Below are positions 57,573 through 64,000 of a DNA stretch of 64,000 nt, piece after piece. Under the pieces are notes generated by a model. That model was not told where the DNA came from, ran no database searches, and saw only the letters and a program-made list of their open reading frames with translations. Numbering within the stretch: the first letter of the stretch is position 1; each line of letters begins with the position of its first letter. Location: positions 32,001-96,000 of the forward strand of contig JANQHR010000047.1 of assembly GCA_028282585.1 (NCBI GenBank). The letters are read 5' to 3'. Source of the DNA: Bacteroidales bacterium (GTDB taxonomy: Bacteria > Bacteroidota > Bacteroidia > Bacteroidales > UBA12077). Both the position numbers and the translations under genes were made by a program.

Positions 57573-59351
57573 ATGGTAGTTATTTCATCATTGATAAAAC
57601 GTTTCTTGATTTGGCGGGTTAAAAAGATCGATGATAGAAAGTTTATGATATTTTTAAGTATTTTAGTTGGTATAGTTGTTGGATTAGCTGCCGTAATAAT
57701 TAAAAATTCAGTTCATTTAATACAAAATCTGCTAACCAATGATTTTGCTCTTCAGTATCATAATTATATGTATTTTGCGTACCCGGCGATTGGAATTTTT
57801 CTGGTATACATTTTTACAAAGTTTATAATAAAAAGATCTGTCGGACATGGTATTCCTACGACGCTTTATGCGATTTCTAAAAATAATGGAAAAATTAGGC
57901 AACATAATATGTTTTCCTCTATTGTTACAAGTGCATTGACCGTAGGATTTGGCGGTTCTGTTGGATTAGAGGGACCGACCGTTGCGACAGGAGCTGCATG
58001 GGGGTCAAATATTGGAAGGTTTTTTCATTTGAATTACCGGCAGGTGCTATTATTGTTAGCTTGCGCCGGAGCAGGAGCAATGTCGGCAATTTTTAAAGCT
58101 CCAATTGCAGCCATTGTTTTTGTTCTGGAGGTTATAATGTTAGATTTAACCCTAGCTTCCTTATTACCACTGTTATTTGCTTCAGTATCTGCAGCTATTA
58201 CTTCTTATTTGTTTTTGGGAATGGATGTGTTATACCCCATACAGGTTGTTGAAAAGTTTAATATTAATGAAATTCCATATTACATTTTACTAGGGATTTT
58301 AGCTGGCTTAGTATCTGTTTACTTTACCAGAGTTTACAGATTTTTACAGAACTGGTTTGATAAACAAAAGAATAGTTTTTACAGATGGGCAGTGGGTGTT
58401 TCAGCACTTGGAATATTGATTTTCTTCTTTCCTTCTTTATATGGTGAGGGCTATGAAGCAATTAACGGTTGTTTAAACGGAACAAATGAACACTTATTTA
58501 ACAATAGTATATTTTATAACTTACAAGATAACATGATCTGGGTATTTGTTATTTTTATTCTGGTTATTTTATTTAAAGTTTTTGCTACAGCTTTTACTTT
58601 TGGTGCAGGAGGCGTAGGCGGAATTTTTGCACCAACTTTATTTATTGGTGCAAATACAGGACTATTATTTGCTCAGGCAATTCAATATTTTGGATTAAAA
58701 AACTTATCATATAGCAATTTTGCTTTGGTTGGAATGGTTGGGTTAATTGCAGGCGTTCTACATGCACCTTTAACCGCAATATTTTTAATAGCCGAAATTA
58801 CAGGAGGTTATGGCTTGATCATGCCATTAATGATAGGTGCAAGTGTTTCGTTTGCGACAACAAGAATCTTTGAAAGATATTCGGTTTATACATATCAATT
58901 AGCAAGAAGAGGTGAATTATTTACCCATGATAAAGACAAAGTTGTATTATCTATCTTAAAAGTTAGTAAATTAATCGAAACTAATTTTCTAACCATTCAT
59001 GAGGATGCAACACTAGGAGATTTAGTGAAAGTAATTGCTAAATCAAAAAGAAATATTGTGCCGGTTATTGATAAAGATAACACATTATTGGGAATTGTTT
59101 TCATTAACGATATCCGTGAAATAATGTTCGAAAGAGAAAAATACGATTCTGTTTATGTTCATGAATTAATGTATATGCCATCACCCATTGTTACTCCTGA
59201 TGAATCTATGGAAGATGTTGCAAAGAAATTTAAAATCTCGAATCATTATAATTTACCAGTGGTAGATAATGGCAAGTACGTTGGCTTTGTAAGCCGTGCA
59301 AATGTATTCTCAGCATATAGAAATTTACTGAAAAAGTTTTCGGAAGATTAA
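57573..59351 (+). CDS. CLC-family anion channel/transporter with CBS pair, paralogue 1
   Basis: GHGIP, GGSVGLEGP, GGIFAP, SVYT, CBS domains. Confidence 0.93.
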   Translation: MVVISSLIKRFLIWRVKKIDDRKFMIFLSILVGIVVGLAAVIIKNSVHLIQNLLTNDFALQYHNYMYFAYPAIGIFLVYIFTKFIIKRSVGHGIPTTLYAISKNNGKIRQHNMFSSIVTSALTVGFGGSVGLEGPTVATGAAWGSNIGRFFHLNYRQVLLLLACAGAGAMSAIFKAPIAAIVFVLEVIMLDLTLASLLPLLFASVSAAITSYLFLGMDVLYPIQVVEKFNINEIPYYILLGILAGLVSVYFTRVYRFLQNWFDKQKNSFYRWAVGVSALGILIFFFPSLYGEGYEAINGCLNGTNEHLFNNSIFYNLQDNMIWVFVIFILVILFKVFATAFTFGAGGVGGIFAPTLFIGANTGLLFAQAIQYFGLKNLSYSNFALVGMVGLIAGVLHAPLTAIFLIAEITGGYGLIMPLMIGASVSFATTRIFERYSVYTYQLARRGELFTHDKDKVVLSILKVSKLIETNFLTIHEDATLGDLVKVIAKSKRNIVPVIDKDNTLLGIVFINDIREIMFEREKYDSVYVHELMYMPSPIVTPDESMEDVAKKFKISNHYNLPVVDNGKYVGFVSRANVFSAYRNLLKKFSED

Positions 59352-59417
59352 AAATTTCTATTAAAAGCTAATATAAAAATATCAATTGATTAATTTTGCG
59401 TTTTAATTTCAACTTGA

Positions 59418-61208
59418 ATGTTTTCTTACATTAATTTTAAACAACAAAGGTTTTCCAGAAGAATTCTTATCTGGAGAAATAAGAAGATCAGTGAACGTAA
59501 TTTTGTACTTATCTTAAGTTTTTTTATAGGAATATTAAGTGGATTAGCTGCCGTATTTTTGAAATCAGCCGTTCACTATACACACAATCGCTTAACAGAA
59601 GGATTTGAAGAAGGATTTAATTATACTTTATTGATATTTCCTGTAATTGGTATTTTTCTAACCGTATTGTTTGTAAAATATGTGGTAAAGGATAAAATAG
59701 GACATGGTGTTTCACGCATCTTATATGCACTTTCTAAAAATAACGGACGATTAAGAGGTCATAATAGTTATTCATCAATAGTTGCAAGTACATTAACAAT
59801 TGGTTTTGGAGGATCTGTTGGAGCTGAGGCGCCGATTGTATTAACAGGAGCATCAATTGGATCTACTTTAGGACATTACTTTAGGTTAAATTTTAAATCT
59901 ATTGCGCTACTTTTAGCTTGTGGTGCAGCCGGAGCTATTGGAGGCATATTTAAAGCTCCGATAGCGGGAATGATATTTACCTTAGAAGTATTAATGCTAG
60001 ATCTGACTTTAAAATCTATTGTTCCACTTTTGATTTCCTCGGTTACAGGTGCTACAATCGCTTATTTTTTAATGGGCGAGGGAGTTGTATTGTCTGTTAT
60101 CAATACACAACCATTCGAATTACACAATATTCCTTTCTATATATTGCTTGGGTTATTGTGTGGCTTAGTATCATTTTATTTTACAAAAAGTACTATTTCA
60201 ATAGAATCATCATTAAGCAAAATAAAAAATACGTTTGTAAAGATTCTTATAGGTGGTGTTGTATTAGCTGGATTGATTTTTATATTTCCTTCTTTATATG
60301 GAGAAGGAAACCAAACTTTGCAATCATTGCTTAATGGTAATACAGATGGTATTCCAAAAGATAAGATTTTCTCGTTTGTATTACAGAATAATTGGTATGT
60401 GCTTATATATTTGGGACTACTTTTGTTATTTAAAGTAGTAGCAATGTCTTTTACTAACGGAACCGGGGGAGTTGGAGGGATTTTTGGTCCGACCTTGTTT
60501 GTTGGAGGTGTAACCGGTTATTGGCTTTCGTATTTTATAAATTCACTTGGTTTTGTAAAGTTACCAGAGGGTAATTTTGCTTTGGTTGGAATGGCGGGAT
60601 TAATGGCTGGTGTTATGCATGCACCTTTAACGGCGATATTCCTAATAGCAGAAATTACCGGAGGTTATAGCTTGTTTATTCCTTTAATGATTACTTCAAC
60701 TATAGCATATATTACTATACTTTGGTTTACCAGGCATTCTATTTATACACATAGATTAGCAGAAAGAGGAGAACTTTTAACTCATCATAAGGATGAAGTT
60801 GTGCTTACCTTAATGAAACTGGAAAGTATTATCGAAAAAGATTTTGTACCAGTTGGTATTGAAGATTCTTTAGGCACACTGATAAAGGCCGTTTCAAAAT
60901 CTAAGAGAAATATTTTTCCAGTCCTCAATAATGAGGAGGAGCTGGTTGGAATTGTACTTTTGGATAATATTAGGGAAGTCATGTTTGAGCGTGAAAAGTA
61001 TGATGAAACATTTGTGTCTGATGTGATGATCTCACCACCCGAAATTGTTAATGCAGAAGATAATATGGATAAGGTGATGAAGAAATTTACTTCATCAGGT
61101 GCATGGAATCTTCCTGTTTTAAAAGAAGGAAAATATTTTGGTTTCGTGTCAAAATCAAAAATATTTAATTCATATCGCGATGTTTTAGTTCAGGTTTCTG
61201 AATATTAA
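59418..61208 (+). CDS. CLC-family protein with CBS pair, paralogue 2
   Basis: GHGVS, GGSVGAEAP, GGIFGP, SIYT. Confidence 0.93.
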   Translation: MFSYINFKQQRFSRRILIWRNKKISERNFVLILSFFIGILSGLAAVFLKSAVHYTHNRLTEGFEEGFNYTLLIFPVIGIFLTVLFVKYVVKDKIGHGVSRILYALSKNNGRLRGHNSYSSIVASTLTIGFGGSVGAEAPIVLTGASIGSTLGHYFRLNFKSIALLLACGAAGAIGGIFKAPIAGMIFTLEVLMLDLTLKSIVPLLISSVTGATIAYFLMGEGVVLSVINTQPFELHNIPFYILLGLLCGLVSFYFTKSTISIESSLSKIKNTFVKILIGGVVLAGLIFIFPSLYGEGNQTLQSLLNGNTDGIPKDKIFSFVLQNNWYVLIYLGLLLLFKVVAMSFTNGTGGVGGIFGPTLFVGGVTGYWLSYFINSLGFVKLPEGNFALVGMAGLMAGVMHAPLTAIFLIAEITGGYSLFIPLMITSTIAYITILWFTRHSIYTHRLAERGELLTHHKDEVVLTLMKLESIIEKDFVPVGIEDSLGTLIKAVSKSKRNIFPVLNNEEELVGIVLLDNIREVMFEREKYDETFVSDVMISPPEIVNAEDNMDKVMKKFTSSGAWNLPVLKEGKYFGFVSKSKIFNSYRDVLVQVSEY

Positions 61209-61276
61209 CAATCTTTTCCTTTAATGTAAAAAAACGTTAAATTTATAGTGTTAAGTATAACCTTAGCCAGGATTTA

Positions 61277-63046
61277 ATGATAAAACAAACTCCTTTAATC
61301 AGGTTCTTAATTTGGAGAAAGCAAAATATAAGCCAGAGAAACTTTATACTTATTTTGAGTTTCATTGTTGGTCTGGCTGGCGGTATAGTAGCATTGATAT
61401 TGAAAACCTCAGTATTTTATTTACATGAATTATTATTACAGGATAAAGGTTTTGACGAATATAACTTATTGATGTTTATTTACCCGTTTATTGGAATAGC
61501 TATAACTTTCTTTTTTATTAAATACATTCTTCGAGATCCTATAAAACATAATATTGCTGCAATATTATATGCTATCTCAAAGCGAAATAGTTTAATGCGG
61601 GCCCATAAAATATTTTCTTCGATTTTAGGAGGTATACTAACTGCCGGATTTGGTGGTTCCATAGGATTGGAGTCGCCGATTATATCATCTGGTTCATCAA
61701 TTGGTTCAAATGTTGGGCGAATTTTGAAATTAAGTTATAAAGAAGTTACTTTATTACTATCTTGTGGAGCAGCGGGAGCTATATCCGCTATATTTCATAC
61801 TCCTTTGGCAGCAATCGTTTTTGCAATTGAGGTACTGCTTATAGATTTAACCCGATTTAGCTTAATTCCGCTTTTAATTGCTTCCGTAAGTGGGGCAATT
61901 GTAACCAATGTTTTCTTTCAGGATGAAATTTTATTTGAGTTTGTATTAAAGGATCCTTATCAAGTACAACATACCATCTTTTACATATTGCTTGGTATCT
62001 TAACAGGTTTGATATCAGTTTATTTCTCAAAGGTTTTTTTTAAAGTTGAAAGCTTAGCAAACAGACTTTCCGATATAAAAAGATTATTTCTTGGCGGAGC
62101 TATATTAGGAGTGATCCTCTTTTTATTTCCGCCGCTATATGGCGAAGGCTACCAAATAATTAAAGCAATATTTGCAGAAGATTTTTCTGCGGTCATGAAA
62201 ACAAACCTGAACCTTGAATTATCAAATTATCAATGGTTCTTCTATTTCTTTTTCTTATCTCTTTTAATATTAAAAGCTTTTGCAACATCAATAACAATTA
62301 CAAGTGGAGGAGTCGGTGGAATAATTGCTCCCTCTCTGTTTACGGGAGCCATTACGGGGATGTTATTTTCGCATAGTTTAAATTTATTAGGTCTGAATAT
62401 TTCTGAAAGTAACTTTGCTTTAGTAGGAATGGCTGGTGTTTTAAGCGGGGTTTTACATGCCCCGTTAACAGGTATATTCCTAATTGCGGAAACTACAAAA
62501 GGATATGAGTTAATTGTTCCTTTAATGCTTGTGTCTACCATTTCTTTTGTAACAGTAAAGTTTTTTGAACCAAATTCGATATTTACAATTCAACTTGCCA
62601 AAAGAGGTGAGCTTATAACTCACCATAAAGATAAAGCCGTACTTACATTTATGAAGTTAAAATCAGTTATTGAAAAAGATTTTACGACAGTTCATGTTAA
62701 TTCTAATTTGGGTGATTTAGTAAAGTTGGTCTCAAAATCAAATAGAAATGTTTTTCCTGTAGTGGATGAAGATGGTATTTTAAATGGCATTATTTTAATG
62801 GATAATATCCGTGAAATTATGTTTGAACGCGAAATGTACGATACTACCAAAGTGAGTAACTTAATGATTTTACCTCCTGCTTATATAGGTTATAAAGATA
62901 CTATGAAAGAGGTAATAGAAAAATTTGAGACAACCAGGGCATGGAATTTACCCGTAATTGATAACGCAAGATATATTGGAATGGTTTCTAAATCAAAGCT
63001 TTTTTCTGCCTACCGAAATCTTCTTCTCGAAATTTCTGATGAATAA
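61277..63046 (+). CDS. CLC-family protein with CBS pair, paralogue 3
   Basis: KHNIA, GGSIGLESP, GGIIAP, SIFT. Confidence 0.92.
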   Translation: MIKQTPLIRFLIWRKQNISQRNFILILSFIVGLAGGIVALILKTSVFYLHELLLQDKGFDEYNLLMFIYPFIGIAITFFFIKYILRDPIKHNIAAILYAISKRNSLMRAHKIFSSILGGILTAGFGGSIGLESPIISSGSSIGSNVGRILKLSYKEVTLLLSCGAAGAISAIFHTPLAAIVFAIEVLLIDLTRFSLIPLLIASVSGAIVTNVFFQDEILFEFVLKDPYQVQHTIFYILLGILTGLISVYFSKVFFKVESLANRLSDIKRLFLGGAILGVILFLFPPLYGEGYQIIKAIFAEDFSAVMKTNLNLELSNYQWFFYFFFLSLLILKAFATSITITSGGVGGIIAPSLFTGAITGMLFSHSLNLLGLNISESNFALVGMAGVLSGVLHAPLTGIFLIAETTKGYELIVPLMLVSTISFVTVKFFEPNSIFTIQLAKRGELITHHKDKAVLTFMKLKSVIEKDFTTVHVNSNLGDLVKLVSKSNRNVFPVVDEDGILNGIILMDNIREIMFEREMYDTTKVSNLMILPPAYIGYKDTMKEVIEKFETTRAWNLPVIDNARYIGMVSKSKLFSAYRNLLLEISDE

Positions 63047-63069
63047 CATATAAAAAATATAAAATGTTA

Positions 63070-63126
63070 TTTGCATATATTGAGCATATGCTTATTTTTG
63101 TTATTAAAATAATGAGCTTATGCCCA
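63070..63126 (+). promoter_or_regulatory. Bacteroidota sigmaA promoter with two palindromic operators
   Basis: TTTG (63070)-19 nt-TATTTTTG (63093); TGAGCATATGCTTA (63081) and TGAGCTTATGCCCA (63113). Confidence 0.7.
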
Positions 63127-63419
63127 GAAAGAAATGTATTCGCCAGGTAGGTGGAAGTCCAAATATAACTTATTATAAGCCTGCCGGTATTCCAATGCGA
63201 AATTTAACAGAAGTGATTATTCACTTAGATGAAATTGAGGCAATTAAACTCGCTGATTTTGAAAAGAATTATCAGGAAGATGCAGCAAAAAAAATGAATA
63301 TATCACGACAAACATTTGGTCGAATTATTGAATCTGCTCGCAAAAAAATAGCAGACGCTTTATTAAATGGTAAAGCTATCAGAATTGAAGGTGGGAATGT
63401 AGAAGTAAAGAAAGTTTAG
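63120..63419 (+). CDS. DUF134 HTH DNA-binding protein
   Basis: MPRKKCIR...YKPAGIP...DEIEAIKLAD...MNISRQTFGRIIESARKKIADALLNGK. Confidence 0.93.
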   Translation: MPRKKCIRQVGGSPNITYYKPAGIPMRNLTEVIIHLDEIEAIKLADFEKNYQEDAAKKMNISRQTFGRIIESARKKIADALLNGKAIRIEGGNVEVKKV

Positions 63420-63522
63420 TAAATCTGGTTAAATCAGTAAGGATTAATAAAAGATCAGCATAAATTAAAAAGATTAGAAAACGCTACGAAGTAGTACTTT
63501 ATTTAATAATAATTTAAAATAA

Positions 63523-63885
63523 TTGAACATGAAAATAGCTGTTCCAACAAAAGAAAACAATGTTGATAGTCATTTCGGACATTGTGAATTTTATACTATT
63601 TATTCTATTAAAGAGAATAAAGTTGTTGAAAAAGAAGTCTTAGAATCACCTCAGGGGTGTGGCTGTAAATCAAACATTGCTAGTGTGTTACAGCAAAAAG
63701 GAGTAAATCGGATGCTTGCAGGAAATATGGGGGCAGGGGCGTTAAGTAAACTAAATGCTTTTGGAATTGAAGTAATCAGAGGTTGTGATGGAAATGTTGA
63801 TAATATTGTTGAAAAGTATCTAAACGGAGAAATAAAAGATTCGGGAGAGTCGTGTGCAAATCATCACCATCATCACGGACATTAA
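63523..63885 (+). CDS. NifB/NifX-family (FeMo-cofactor-binding fold) protein with His tail
   Basis: MKIAVPT...HFGHC...GCGCK...GNMGAGA; C-terminal CANHHHHHGH. Confidence 0.9.
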   Translation: MNMKIAVPTKENNVDSHFGHCEFYTIYSIKENKVVEKEVLESPQGCGCKSNIASVLQQKGVNRMLAGNMGAGALSKLNAFGIEVIRGCDGNVDNIVEKYLNGEIKDSGESCANHHHHHGH

Positions 63886-63888
63886 AAG

Positions 63889-63914
63889 AAAAAGCCGCAA
63901 ATAGCGGCTTTTTT
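63889..63914. terminator. Bidirectional terminator
   Basis: AAAAAGCCGC-AAATA-GCGGCTTTTT. Confidence 0.8.
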
Positions 63915-63918
63915 ATCT

Positions 63919-64000
63919 TTATTGTAAGTGTTTAAAATTCAGTCCATATAGAATAATAAATAATAAAGCAAATACAAGCGCCATAATGCTCCATCCAAAT
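63919..64000 (-). CDS. 3' end of a membrane protein gene (runs off window end)
   Basis: FGWSIMALVFALLFIILYGLNFKHLQ* converging on the terminator. Confidence 0.5.
   Translation of the reverse strand, partial: FGWSIMALVFALLFIILYGLNFKHLQ

Noticed and set aside
63523-63885. Evidence for nitrogen fixation
   Set aside because: The NifB/NifX fold with DUF134 is widespread in non-diazotrophs and no nif structural genes are present

Overview
An AT-rich Bacteroidota (Bacteroidales-like) chromosomal window. The assignment rests on TAnnTTTG promoters, a T9SS type-B C-terminal domain protein, and CarboxypepD_reg/TonB-dependent receptor genes. About 22-64 kb is mostly housekeeping and transport (pepD, fadD, three tandem MFS, an M16C peptidase, truC, ECF sigma/vWA, purA, fur, relA/spoT, an M16 pair, three tandem CLC-CBS channels, DUF134/NifX). 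Two accessory loci stand out. (1) 3.1-8.9 kb: a MarR-controlled reductive dehalogenase-like operon (TAT-signal RdhA, RdhB-like, RdhC-like, and a second cytoplasmic Rdh/QueG-like protein) with a duplicated palindromic operator. (2) 10.4-18.3 kb: a modular array of double-glycine peptides largely missed by the ORF track. It has an HTH regulator plus a decayed paralogue, three copies of a ~142-nt palindrome/promoter/leader element, five intact and one frameshifted GG-leader precursors in two core classes, a long hairpin and a small membrane (immunity-like) gene after each precursor group, and a decayed copy of the hlyD 5' end closing each cassette. The intact HlyD and C39-peptidase ABC exporter follow. 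All calls come from reading motifs by eye; no database searches were run.
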